Source: a virus
Taxonomy: Duplodnaviria; Caudoviricetes
Strand: one strand, 5' to 3'
Length of the DNA: 64,000 nt
IMG/VR virus record: IMGVR_UViG_3300014204_000110
This document shows positions 49,625 to 60,359 of the stretch, one piece after another (the stretch's first letter is position 1; each line of letters starts with the position of its first letter). A program made the position numbers and the translations under genes. The notes under the pieces were generated by a model. That model had not been told where the DNA came from. It saw nothing but the letters and a program-made list of their open reading frames with translations, and did no database searches.

Positions 49625-50256
49625 CCAGGAACTGGAATAAGATTATCACCTTTAACGTCTACGTTGTTTAACTTAGACATATTTTGATACCAAGTTTTTT
49701 TATATTCTTCTGATATTTTACCAAGTTCAACTAGAATATGATACCCACCACGAGTTTGAAGAACATTAAGACAATCTTTATTAATACAATCAAGTTTTAT
49801 ATCTTCAAGTTTAATGTTATCAAAATCGAAATCTATAAAGATTTTACGACTACAAGCTTTATGTATTTCACTTAAAACTTCTTGTTGTGGATTATATCCA
49901 CCATAAGGTTTAGAAATAAGCTCTGCAAGCTTTACTAGGCTTTTCTGAGCAGCCTTCTCTAGACTACGAGGGTTTGGATTGATATACAATACAAGAGCTT
50001 CTTGAGGTATTATGTTATGTTTCTGAAAGTATCGTCCTTTAGGTATCTCAAGCTGAGATATCTTTTCATATAAAAATTCTTTTGTAGAAGTGAATCTTTT
50101 AAGTTGAGATTTATCACTTTTTACATAAGAAACTGTTTGACAATACTTTTTACGTGCAAAGAGACAACAATAAAAGACTTCTCCATGCTGTAACTCTGGA
50201 AGCCAGTCTATGAAATCTTTAAAAAGTGGTTCATCTAGAATAATTTTGTAATTCAT
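49582..50256 (-). CDS. AEP (primase-polymerase) superfamily protein
   Basis: [24 protein letters not shown]; start corrected to MNYKII after GAGGA RBS. Confidence 0.65.
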   Translation of the reverse strand: MNYKIILDEPLFKDFIDWLPELQHGEVFYCCLFARKKYCQTVSYVKSDKSQLKRFTSTKEFLYEKISQLEIPKGRYFQKHNIIPQEALVLYINPNPRSLEKAAQKSLVKLAELISKPYGGYNPQQEVLSEIHKACSRKIFIDFDFDNIKLEDIKLDCINKDCLNVLQTRGGYHILVELGKISEEYKKTWYQNMSKLNNVDVKGDNLIPVPGCTQGGFIPKFITL

Positions 50257-50280
50257 AATATCCTCAAAAAAATTAAAAAT

Positions 50281-50313
50281 AAAAATGGGTAAGACCATTG
50301 CTGATCTTACCCA
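50281..50313 (-). terminator. intrinsic terminator
   Basis: UGGGUAAGAUCA-GCAA-UGGUCUUACCCA followed by U tract. Confidence 0.8.
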
Positions 50314-50320
50314 CACCGCG

Positions 50321-50515
50321 ACAGAACACATTCTATGGATCAATCACTGTACTGGATTTCTACAGTTTATTATAGGATTAGGCCCTTACCTGGAATCATC
50401 GTATTTTGACCAGTTATCTTCCTAACTTTAGTTTATACCTTTATAGCAACCATTACAACTACATACGATCTATTGTATTATCCACTATAAAAACATAAAC
50501 AACCTATTGTCCTGT
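50321..50515 (-). ncRNA. putative 195-nt multibranched RNA ahead of the terminator
   Basis: ACAGGACA/UGUUCUGU closing stem, AUCGUAU/AUACGAU, CUGUA/UACAG; no credible ORF. Confidence 0.45.
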
Positions 50516-50824
50516 GAAAGGTCATTCTCTATAAATTTTACCATTTTTATCATACCAAGTATATAAAGTACTTGATCTAAATAAATGAGTTAAGAAATCA
50601 TTATCATCTACTAAACCAAGTATAAATTTAGTAGTTATGTATTTTCCAGTATATGGATCATGTATTTTGTTTACCATAAACGCATTATACTTTAATTTTT
50701 TACCAATGTATATTGGTATTTTACTTCTAGAGATAAACTTCTTTTTAAGTCGGTTCATTCTTATAGGAAACATTAACCATTTGATAAATTTATTCATTAT
50801 TTTTACCTTTATTAGTTTAAATAA

Positions 50825-50904
50825 TAGGAGATAAAGGAATCGAACCTTTTTCGCATTTTCACGCCTTATAAGAGCGTCGGAGATTACCAACCTCCACATC
50901 TCCT
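50825..50904 (-). tRNA. atypical tRNA with UAU anticodon (Ile)
   Basis: AGGAGAT/ATCTCCT, D stem GGAG/CTCC, ACGCT-CTTATAA-GGCGT, AAAGG-TTCGATT-CCTTT. Confidence 0.7.
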
Positions 50905-50931
50905 TTAAAATCAATTAGTTATATTAATTTA

Positions 50932-51016
50932 CAGAAGGTATAGGATTTGAACCTATGGAAGATTACTCTCCGCTACGTTAGCAGTGTAGTGCCTTAAACC
51001 TCTCGGCCAACCTTCT
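50932..51016 (-). tRNA. tRNA-Ser(GCT)
   Basis: AGAAGGT/ACCTTCT, CTACA-CTGCTAA-CGTAG, long variable arm, G73. Confidence 0.9.
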
Positions 51017-51546
51017 ATTTAAATATCTTTTTAATTACTTCTTTATTTTTAAATGACTTACATTTATAACAACTTTCTTTTGTATCTAATAATGGAGAAG
51101 CTTCTTTAATCACAAGAGATAAAAGAATATTAAGGCAATCATCACTTAAGTTTTTATATACTGAACGTTTCCATCTAGAAAGTATGTTTTGTTCTAACGT
51201 TTTTACGTTCATTATTTAACTTTCTGAAGAATATCATCAACAGATTTTCTAAGCAGATATTTGAAATCATCTCTGATAGTAGCATTAGACATTAAATTTT
51301 TAATATCAGTTCCCATTTCAGTAAGTAATTTATTTACAAGTTTTTGAGCAAGTTCTTCTTCGATAAGTTCTTTGATACGAGCAAATACTTTAGCTCTATC
51401 AATAGTCGCATATACATGTTTTAGTTCTTGAGAAATGTCTATACGATTATTATAATCTATTTTAAAAGTTTCACCACTTTGAATAAGTTTAATTATAGCA
51501 TTTTCAATGCTTTGTTCTATTCTAGATGTATCTATCATAAAATCCC

Positions 51547-52611
51547 TTATCTAATTGTACTTAAAGTCATATATTCTGGAAAATTTCTTGATATAAATTT
51601 AATACTATTAAAGTAATCTAAATTTTTAGATAATATTAAACATCCATGTCCAATTAAATTAACTGAAAAATTAGACGCGTTGTTATCTGGAATTATGTTT
51701 ATTATTTCATTAAATTCTTCAACATATCCACATGGAATATATTTATCTGTTATATATCCAGAATCAGTATAAATATGTCCATGTATTATATAATTAACGT
51801 TTTTATAATAATTATATAATCTAATTTGAACTGCTGTATCTACACTTGGTTTATTAAATCCACTAAAAAATACTTTATCTTCAAGTAATTGTACTGGTAC
51901 AAAACCTGTAGAATCTAAAGTTTCTTTATTAATATTTCTTTGTGATACAAATATCATATCATTTAGTTTATAACTTGGAAATCCAAACATACATCGAGTA
52001 GATATATTACCTAAAAATCGTTCTTTATTTATAACTCCATTAATTTTAGTTTTAAATATATCTCCATAACTATGTATTATATCTAAAAATTTAGGTTCTA
52101 TATTAATATTGCTATTAAAATTAACGTTAACGGATTCTACTCTAGAGAGATTAGAAATATAATTAATTAATTTTATTAACATAAGACTCATGCCTGAAAT
52201 AGTATCAGTATTAATCCATATATTTCCTAAAGTATCAAGTATTTTAAAATTGTATTCTTTTTGTTTATTTATAACAATACATAAATTTGAATGATTTTTA
52301 AACATTCGTTCAATTATTTCAAATGTTGAATATTTATCATTATCATTTCTTTTTGAAGTTACAAGCAAGCATTTTTTATTTAAAACTTTAATTTTTGGTA
52401 GATACTTATCTATCGAGTTATCTATATTTGGCATCCAAATTATAGTTTTATATTTAGAAATATTATTAATAATTTGATCTAGTATATATAATTGTCCACC
52501 ATTATAAAAATCTATATCTCTATATTGATTTTTTAATTCATTATATATACATTCACCAAAATATGAAGATTTTCCTATATTATTAAAATCTCCAGTTACT
52601 AATAATATCAT
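51547..52611 (-). CDS. class II aldolase/adducin-like domain protein
   Basis: GNISTR, KPSVDT, YIIHGH, PCG, LIGHG. Confidence 0.7.
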   Translation of the reverse strand: MILLVTGDFNNIGKSSYFGECIYNELKNQYRDIDFYNGGQLYILDQIINNISKYKTIIWMPNIDNSIDKYLPKIKVLNKKCLLVTSKRNDNDKYSTFEIIERMFKNHSNLCIVINKQKEYNFKILDTLGNIWINTDTISGMSLMLIKLINYISNLSRVESVNVNFNSNINIEPKFLDIIHSYGDIFKTKINGVINKERFLGNISTRCMFGFPSYKLNDMIFVSQRNINKETLDSTGFVPVQLLEDKVFFSGFNKPSVDTAVQIRLYNYYKNVNYIIHGHIYTDSGYITDKYIPCGYVEEFNEIINIIPDNNASNFSVNLIGHGCLILSKNLDYFNSIKFISRNFPEYMTLSTIR

Positions 52612-53768
52612 AAAGTTCCTTTTATAGATGGTAATATTGTATTTTCGTATTCTTCTGGAGATATAATATATTCGTTTTTATTATTCATTATTATTTTATA
52701 ATAATAAAACATATTATAACATGTGTGATATTTATTATAACTTATTTCTGAAATTAAATTTGTGTTAATATCAATTGTTATATCTATAACATCTTGGTTG
52801 TTATTAATAATAGTAGTACAATTTATTAATTTATTATTAAATATTATAGAAGTTTTAATATTAATTATAAACATTATCCAATACTCCAATTTATAGTATT
52901 TTTAGCCCATGAAGGTTGTCTACATTTTATATATTTATTAGTCCATTTATACCAACAAACAATTCTAGATAATGGAACTATTCCTTTAGGAACTTGTTCA
53001 ACAACTATATATTTATAATATCCTTCTTCACTTATGTCCATACAATTAGATGTTATATGTTCTTGAGCTTCTTTTAATGTATTATACCATCCTAATAATC
53101 GTATATTTGAATTTATAAAATCTAAATGAATTTTGTTTTCTTTTTTAAATAATATTGGTCTTATTGCAGTAATGAAATATTTACTTATTTGGTAATATTC
53201 TTTTATTTCTTTTTCTGTCATATTTAGTTTTATCTTTGAAAGTTTTCTCAGTTTGTTTAGGTAATGGTATTCTAAATTTTTTAATCTTATTTTTCATAAT
53301 TGATTAGTAAAATCAGGTATATTTTTCCAACACCAAATAAAAAGACATTCATTAGGATATATTTGCATTAATTTATCCCAATTATATCCATGAGCTTTAT
53401 GTAAAAGTCTTATTAACATTGTTGTATAATTATCTCTATTTCCTGAAGATAATTCTATTTTATAATCTCTTATAAAATCATCTGAAACTTCAAAGTTATA
53501 TGTATGATTATCATAAATAATTGGTCCATCATAATTAAATAATTTATTGAAATATTTAAATGTTTGTTCTGTTATGGAAAATTTCATATATTAACTTTTC
53601 TTGGTGGAGAATCTTTATGTATTTCTTGTAAGTTGAATATACATTTATCTAATTTAATAGATTGTTGTAATTGTACAAGCTGTCTAAAATATTGATCTCT
53701 TGCATCTAGATCATCTAGACACTCTAATGGAATTTTAACTGTAAGTAGATAGTTCTTTTTAAGCATAT

Positions 53769-54587
53769 TTAATCCTTGAATAGATCTTCTCTTGAGATAT
53801 TATATGGATTGTTACGTTTATACTGTGAATTTAGATGTCTATCAATAACTTTTTGTTCCATTTCATTATTTTTTTGTATATCACCTCTTAGATAACTTTT
53901 TAAAATATTATCAACTTGTTCCCAGCTATCTGCTCCAATTTGTTCTAGACTTGTATTTGATACTCCAAGTCCATCTGTTGCATCTGCATTAACACAAGCC
54001 ATAAGAGCATTAGCTTGTTTTAGATGTCCACTGTTTGTAAGATCTTCTACGAGATATTTAGCAAGTTCATAAACTTCTGTTTTCCATAGACTTTGTATTG
54101 GTCCATAATCACCAACATCACCATGTAGGGTCCAGAAACCGAGCATCAGTTCAGAATAGTTATCAGTAGAAATAACCATTCCATTATTTAATCCTGCTAT
54201 TGCATATAAATTTATCATTCTTATTCTAGCTTTTACATTACCTTTGTAAATTGTATTTCTATTATCAACATTATTTCCAAATTCTGAACGTATATCATCG
54301 TATACACCATCACAAGTTTGATCAATATCATAGCAATGAAAATTTTTACAAAAATATAATCCGATATCATTTGCTCTATGATTTTCATTAGATTTATTAC
54401 TTTTAGTTGGAAGCGAAAGTCCAATCAATGGTAAATTAAGTTCATCCATTACTGGTTTAAGTAATGCTGCACATAGTGCACTATCAATTCCTCCAGATAT
54501 TCCAAGTACAACACTTTTAAGATTATTAGAAATCATATAATTCTTAAAATTAGATCTAATATTAGATATTACTTTAGAACAATTCAT
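53769..54587 (-). CDS. nadE: NH3-dependent NAD+ synthetase
   Basis: LGISGGIDSA, GNVKARIRM, TDNYSE..LGFWTLHGD, KTEVYELA. Confidence 0.93.
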   Translation of the reverse strand: MNCSKVISNIRSNFKNYMISNNLKSVVLGISGGIDSALCAALLKPVMDELNLPLIGLSLPTKSNKSNENHRANDIGLYFCKNFHCYDIDQTCDGVYDDIRSEFGNNVDNRNTIYKGNVKARIRMINLYAIAGLNNGMVISTDNYSELMLGFWTLHGDVGDYGPIQSLWKTEVYELAKYLVEDLTNSGHLKQANALMACVNADATDGLGVSNTSLEQIGADSWEQVDNILKSYLRGDIQKNNEMEQKVIDRHLNSQYKRNNPYNISREDLFKD

Positions 54588-54589
54588 GA

Positions 54590-55786
54590 TTAATCCTTAT
54601 AGTTAAAAGCACGTTTATATGTGGTTATATCTTCTTTAGAACCTAGAAATTTACCAGGATCATCACTAAGTTTAACTGTATTATACTTATAATCATCAAT
54701 ATAAAGTGATTGTAATTTAATTACAATATTAAGTGGACTTATCAAACCGTCATTGGATGTATCTGTCCCCCATCCAAATGAACAATCAAGATTAGGATAT
54801 TGATATCTAATATCTATAATTTTATGTGTGTTTAAATTATCAGAAAACATTATTTTACTTGAAGTTTTATTATATTTTCCTAATAATTTTACAAAATGAG
54901 CTATGCTTCCACTATCTTGTCTTAAATTTATACTTTCTTTTATATTTTTAAGAAACCATTCACTTCCATATGTATCTGTAAGAAAGTAGGTATCTGGAAA
55001 GATTTTAATGTAATCGCTAACTAATTGTTTTTGTGATTCTTCTAGATAATCCGCTTGTATAATATCAATTTCATACGATTCAATATTTCTATATTGATAA
55101 TCTTTATTAAATTGATATTGAGCTAAAGCAGCATATAACATATTCATTTCATGAGCAATTGTACCAATGGCTGGTATATTATATTTATTAGCTAGAGATA
55201 TATTAGATGTTCCAATAAGCTTATCTGGAATTTCTTTGAGACATTTCTCGATGAATATTTCTTGAAATTTAATATTAGAACGTCTACGAGTGCCAAATTC
55301 TACAAAATTAATATTTCTACAACTTTTAATTAGTTTAATTTTTTCATCAGTTTTTCTTATAAAAGCTTGTTCATGTTCATTACTAAATTTTCCCATAGTT
55401 TCTAAAGTATGATTTGAGAAAACTTCATTAACGGTTGACATTATAAGTGTCTCAAAAGGTATAAGATCTGATATTTTTCCTGTATAATATAAATTATTTA
55501 TATCTTGATTCATACTTGCAGCATTACCAATATCAAGTTTTGATAGATAATCTATAAAATCTAGATCATTAAAATGTTTATATAATAGCTGAAGTTCTGA
55601 ATATTTAAATTTTAAGTTAAATAATTTATTAACTTCTTCTCTTATTTTAACATCTAGAAATTTTAAATTAATATTACCACGATTGTATAATCTATAAGTA
55701 ACAATATGATTATCTAATTTCATTTTGTATAAAAAGTATAACATTTTATACTTATACATATCACAATCAAGTAGTGAAGTTATCAT
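54590..55786 (-). CDS. pncB: nicotinate phosphoribosyltransferase
   Basis: LLDCDMYK..M, EFGTRRR, GTSN, GTIAHE, LTDTYG, RQDSG, FSDNL, FGWGT, NIVIK, KLSDDPGK. Confidence 0.92.
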   Translation of the reverse strand: MITSLLDCDMYKYKMLYFLYKMKLDNHIVTYRLYNRGNINLKFLDVKIREEVNKLFNLKFKYSELQLLYKHFNDLDFIDYLSKLDIGNAASMNQDINNLYYTGKISDLIPFETLIMSTVNEVFSNHTLETMGKFSNEHEQAFIRKTDEKIKLIKSCRNINFVEFGTRRRSNIKFQEIFIEKCLKEIPDKLIGTSNISLANKYNIPAIGTIAHEMNMLYAALAQYQFNKDYQYRNIESYEIDIIQADYLEESQKQLVSDYIKIFPDTYFLTDTYGSEWFLKNIKESINLRQDSGSIAHFVKLLGKYNKTSSKIMFSDNLNTHKIIDIRYQYPNLDCSFGWGTDTSNDGLISPLNIVIKLQSLYIDDYKYNTVKLSDDPGKFLGSKEDITTYKRAFNYKD

Positions 55787-55787
55787 A

Positions 55788-56237
55788 TTACTTACTTTCT
55801 GATAAAGTTTTAGCTACAGATAAAATCTCATCTAGATAATTATGTCTATTACAACCTTTAAGTAATAAATCCATACATTCTTTTATAAGATGATGATATT
55901 TTGGTTTTATACATTTGTATAAAAAACTATTAGCTTCTGCTTCATATAGTATTTCTTGAGATAAAGTTATATCATCTTTAATATCAGTATGTTTTGCGTT
56001 AATATGTCCTTGTTCATGAAGTCCAACTATTATATAACATAAATCCATTTTAGAATTTGTTATTTTTGTTTGATTATTATGTTCTAAATATCTTTTATAT
56101 ATTCTTTTAGTTCCAATAATTATTCTATATGTTTCATTATCATATGATCCGTAGTTAAATTTATCTTCAAAATCAAAATTGGTAATTTCAATTTTTATTG
56201 GTTCTTTAATACTTTTAGTTTGTACTAAAGCAGACAT
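55788..56237 (-). CDS. HExxH metallopeptidase-like protein
   Basis: LHEQGHI...EAEANSF. Confidence 0.6.
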   Translation of the reverse strand: MSALVQTKSIKEPIKIEITNFDFEDKFNYGSYDNETYRIIIGTKRIYKRYLEHNNQTKITNSKMDLCYIIVGLHEQGHINAKHTDIKDDITLSQEILYEAEANSFLYKCIKPKYHHLIKECMDLLLKGCNRHNYLDEILSVAKTLSESK

Positions 56238-56238
56238 A

Positions 56239-57906
56239 TTACCTCATAGATATATGTAAAATTTTATTTGCATTTATCATAAGAACTCTAACTCCATCAG
56301 TAAATAACTTTTTAGTATTATCAAATGGAGGATCTTTTACTGATTTAATTCCAGAATCTAATATTAAATCTAAACGTTCATCTTCAATTATAGCTGCTGC
56401 TACAGATTTATTAAGAACACAAAAATTAGAAGAATCATTAGGTGAAGATTGTTCTTGAGTTAGTTTATAACCATCTTTAAAAATAATCGTATTTCTATAA
56501 TATTTTGATTTATATTCAGATATTATAATAGCTATTTTAAGTGATCCACCAATGTTATAATTTGCATCAATAATACGATGATTAGTAAGTTCTTTTATAG
56601 CGATTTGTTGTATTGAATCTTTGTTTGGAATAATTAACCAAGGTACTCCAAGAACGTTTTGAACAATCATATTAGTAAAAACTTGATAGTTAGAAAATAC
56701 ATTTCCTATAAGTTTTTTAGACCAAAGAATTCCAGGAATATGAACTATTATTTTATCATCTAGAACAGTATAAATCATATTATCAAATATAAAATAATCA
56801 GTATATTCAATTTTTGTACTATATTCTTGAACAGATGAATATAATTCTCTTATTCCTAAAATATGAGGGGTTATTTCAATTATAACTGGTAAATATTCAA
56901 ATTTAATAATATCATATTTATGATTTATATAAGTATGAAATAATTTATCTTTATGTTCATATATAACTGTTTTAGTAAAACAATATATTTTACCATTAAT
57001 TACTTTTGCGTCTATGATATTTTCAGATAGTGATATAACTTCAGAAATGTTAAAACTGTTATTATTTTGAATAACATATGATGATTGAGCTGTTACTTGA
57101 ATGTTATCATTTACTTCTGGAGGAATTGATCTGTCTTTCTGTTCTAAGACTGCTTCGTACCAAGATCGTATACTAGAAGGTATATTTGATAAATTTTTAG
57201 CGTGTTTAGGTAATGTTACTTTTTTATTAAAAATTGAATAGTTTAAATCCATTAGTTTAAGTTCTTTTACTTCTCGTCTAGAAAAATCAGGATGATTACC
57301 CTGATATGGATGAATTCCAAGAAATAATTGTATAGTTACAATTGCAAATCCAAACCAATCAGTTTTATCACTAAATTGACCAAATTTTACAGTACGATCT
57401 CTTACAGTATCCATTATGGCAGTACAAGGATATCCAGAGATTTGATAACTATCGGTGTCACAGAAGTATACATTATCAAAATTTTTATTTACTAAAAACT
57501 GTAGTTCGTTATAATCACCTACAACACAAGAATGCTTATGTAATGCAATTGTTGTATCTCTCATTATATTTATAAGTTTAATAAGAGTTTTTATATCTAT
57601 ATTATTTTTTTGTTTCCATCCTTCGTTGTACATCCAGCATAGATAAATTCTATCTGAGATATAGTCCATTGAAAAACCAATATCATGATAATTTTCAACA
57701 CATATATCTCTAGGACATAATACGTTTTTATAAGGTATATTTGTTAAAGCATCTATCTTACCGATAGGAATCATTTTACTTACGTCATGATATATTTTAA
57801 AAGCAGTACTACCAGATCTATATACTTTTCCTTCACCACCTGCTGCTACAAACTCATTCTGTCCAAGATTAAATTTTTGTCTTGACTTTTTAAGAGTTAT
57901 TTGCAT
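56239..57906 (-). CDS. Ser/Thr protein kinase (TerY-P triad type)
   Basis: AGGEGKVY, AFKIY, VVGDYNELQFL, FCDTDSYQ, DWFGFA, GIHPY. Confidence 0.85.
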   Translation of the reverse strand: MQITLKKSRQKFNLGQNEFVAAGGEGKVYRSGSTAFKIYHDVSKMIPIGKIDALTNIPYKNVLCPRDICVENYHDIGFSMDYISDRIYLCWMYNEGWKQKNNIDIKTLIKLINIMRDTTIALHKHSCVVGDYNELQFLVNKNFDNVYFCDTDSYQISGYPCTAIMDTVRDRTVKFGQFSDKTDWFGFAIVTIQLFLGIHPYQGNHPDFSRREVKELKLMDLNYSIFNKKVTLPKHAKNLSNIPSSIRSWYEAVLEQKDRSIPPEVNDNIQVTAQSSYVIQNNNSFNISEVISLSENIIDAKVINGKIYCFTKTVIYEHKDKLFHTYINHKYDIIKFEYLPVIIEITPHILGIRELYSSVQEYSTKIEYTDYFIFDNMIYTVLDDKIIVHIPGILWSKKLIGNVFSNYQVFTNMIVQNVLGVPWLIIPNKDSIQQIAIKELTNHRIIDANYNIGGSLKIAIIISEYKSKYYRNTIIFKDGYKLTQEQSSPNDSSNFCVLNKSVAAAIIEDERLDLILDSGIKSVKDPPFDNTKKLFTDGVRVLMINANKILHISMR

Positions 57907-58475
57907 TAATTAATCCTATGAAGTGTTTTTCTTGTAATATCACTAGTCATTTCATCAACGTAAATTATTATATTTGAATCGATTATAAATGTATAACCAT
58001 CATCACTTTGATATATTGGTCTTGGATCATATAATGTTTTTACTTTTTTAACTGCATCTTCTTGTGTATACATTATACATGAAGTTAAAAATAAATAAAT
58101 AAATATAAGTAGATATTTCATATTATACCTCAATAATTTCTGTACAATTTTTATGTTTTTTAAATATTTCTATTAAATTTAAATATTTTTTATAATTTTC
58201 ATTTGGATATTGTTTATAACGTTCTATAAATTCTTTATCATAATTTTTATTATTACCTTTAAAATAATGTATATCTTGTTCTAAATATATTACTATTTTT
58301 GGAGAGGTATTACTAAAGGATACATTATATTGTTGTTCTCGTAATATTATATAAAATATAATATTTGTATAAAATGTTACACTTTTATTAGGATCATATA
58401 ATTCTTTCATTGTATTTATATCTGAAATTCCTATAACGTAATCTAGATCAATAATAGTTCCATCCATAAGTTTAA

Positions 58476-59225
58476 CTAGATATGACATAAGTATTCCTCT
58501 ATTATCATTGTAGCCATTGAGAGATCATCATTAGGATAAATATCTCTAGAGTTCCATTCTCTAAGTTGAGCCTTCATTCTAGCCATAACAAATTGATTAT
58601 TTGTGCGTTTAAATGAAACTAAAGCAATTACTGCTTCTTTAACATCAATACCGTATATATCAGTTACTCCATCAGAAAATAAACTTATAGTTTTAATATT
58701 TTCTAGTATTTGAACGTTTTTACCATAATATGGAGAATTTTCTATTTGATTAGAAGTATCTTCTCCAGTTGTTAAATTAATAACTCGTTCTGTAAGTATT
58801 GGTTTAAATTTTTCATACATATCTCTGCCATTTTCATCATAAACATAAGACATATATAATGGTGTATTTGGATTATAACTTCGAATAATAATTTTTTCTT
58901 CAACATCTGTTTTTATATAAATTACACCATCACCAATTATTGTAAGTTTAACTGTGTTATCTTTTTCATGTGAACATTCTAGATATGTAGCATCAAGTGA
59001 TATGTCTGATAAGTGTAATATACTTGGATGTAATAAATTAATATCCATTCTACATAATAATCTTGCTGCTATATCACTTGTTTTATGAGGAGTACAAATT
59101 CCATCTTTAGATGTAAGTGAACATCCATCAGAGAGACATATCTTATTTGAATAAGCATATGCATAATCTTGACAATAATTATGTGATCGTCCGATTACGT
59201 AATATGAATCTGTTTTTATATTCAT
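58476..59225 (-). CDS. PP2C-family phosphatase
   Basis: GRSH..CQDY, LSDGCS, IGDG, FSDGV, DDLS. Confidence 0.85.
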   Translation of the reverse strand: MNIKTDSYYVIGRSHNYCQDYAYAYSNKICLSDGCSLTSKDGICTPHKTSDIAARLLCRMDINLLHPSILHLSDISLDATYLECSHEKDNTVKLTIIGDGVIYIKTDVEEKIIIRSYNPNTPLYMSYVYDENGRDMYEKFKPILTERVINLTTGEDTSNQIENSPYYGKNVQILENIKTISLFSDGVTDIYGIDVKEAVIALVSFKRTNNQFVMARMKAQLREWNSRDIYPNDDLSMATMIIEEYLCHI

Positions 59226-59396
59226 AATTTTTCTAACATTTTAATGTTAATTAGTCCAAGAAAAGCACCAACCACAGCATAAATTTGATGATGATTTATT
59301 TTAAGTATGTCTTCAATAATTATAAATATTAAAACCCAAGCACAAATAAAAAGAATTGAATATAAAAATTTATTCATAATTATCTTCTATTATTTG

Positions 59397-59475
59397 AGTA
59401 AACTACGCTTTGGCATCATCTATTATATCTAGAATATCAACAAATGGCTTTTACAGCCTACAAGCGTAATTTACT
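59397..59475 (-). ncRNA. putative structured RNA A between terY-like and PP2C genes
   Basis: 14-bp stem AGUAAAUUACGCUU/AAGCGUAGUUUACU, GGCU-GUAAA-AGCC hairpin. Confidence 0.45.
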
Positions 59476-59485
59476 AAAATATATG

Positions 59486-59595
59486 TACTATAGGTAGGAA
59501 AACACCTTGCTTATAATATAGATTAAATTTAAGGCATCTAGTGATTTATTATAATTGGGGTGTCATCCAATCACAGGAACTCCTACACTATAGTA
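59486..59595 (-). ncRNA. putative pseudoknotted RNA B
   Basis: UACUAUAG..GUAGGA/UCCUAC.CUAUAGUA closing stem; loop GACACC complementary to GGUGUU. Confidence 0.5.
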
Positions 59596-60348
59596 TTAAA
59601 TAGTTACTTGTGAAAGTACTTGTTGTGTATTTTGAGATGTAACGGTTTGAGATTTAGATGAAAAGCTTTGAGAAATAAGTCCAGCTATTTTACCAAGACT
59701 ACTTGGACTTGCATCTTCAACAGAAATAAACTTGTCAATTCCACATTCTTTTGCAAATATTTCAAGATTTGTCTTAGTATTAATATCTTGCATATTTACT
59801 CCAATCATAACTATAATTGGAGCTGAAGTGTAAGCTTTTTCATCTTTTTTAAGAGCATCGATCTTAGCTTTTAAGATACTGTTCTTTTTACATTTAACTG
59901 AATTATTTTCTTCACCATCAGTGACTATAAAGATACAAGCTGTTGCATCGTAGTCTTGATCAATAAGTTGTCTACAGAATGTTTCTGATGCTTCGAGAGT
60001 ATCTAGAATAGCATCTCTAAGAGCAGTCATACCACGACATTTAATGGTTCCAACATAATTATTTTCATCAATCTGATCTACTGGTTGTAGACCATGAACT
60101 TCAGTAACGTAATCAGAGAATCGTGTTACTCTCTGCATGATTTTATTTTTGGTTGGAAGCTTTTTATTCATCTTTGTTATGTCAATAAGCATACGTTCGA
60201 TATCTGATGCAAAACTTCCTACACTTCCAGATGTGTCTAGAGCAATCATTCCAATCATCTGTTCATTATCAAAAGCATCAGTAATTGGAACATGACCAAA
60301 TTGAAATCCACTCATTGTTGTTGTACTTACTAAATTTTTTTCATCCAT
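59596..60348 (-). CDS. TerY-like vWA protein
   Basis: LDTSGSV, GMTALRDAI, VTDGEEN; upstream of PP2C and kinase. Confidence 0.8.
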   Translation of the reverse strand: MDEKNLVSTTTMSGFQFGHVPITDAFDNEQMIGMIALDTSGSVGSFASDIERMLIDITKMNKKLPTKNKIMQRVTRFSDYVTEVHGLQPVDQIDENNYVGTIKCRGMTALRDAILDTLEASETFCRQLIDQDYDATACIFIVTDGEENNSVKCKKNSILKAKIDALKKDEKAYTSAPIIVMIGVNMQDINTKTNLEIFAKECGIDKFISVEDASPSSLGKIAGLISQSFSSKSQTVTSQNTQQVLSQVTI

Positions 60349-60359
60349 AAATTATCTCC

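Noticed and set aside
50257-50343. N-terminal extension of the AEP ORF
   Set aside because: It crosses the terminator hairpin; the RBS supports a start at 50256.
50798-50914. N-terminal extension of ORF 50522..50914
   Set aside because: It overlaps the UAU tRNA; the likely start is MNKFIK at 50797.
54905-54935. INLRQD inside PncB as another NLR tag
   Set aside because: It overlaps the conserved catalytic RxDSG motif and is internal, so it is likely coincidental.
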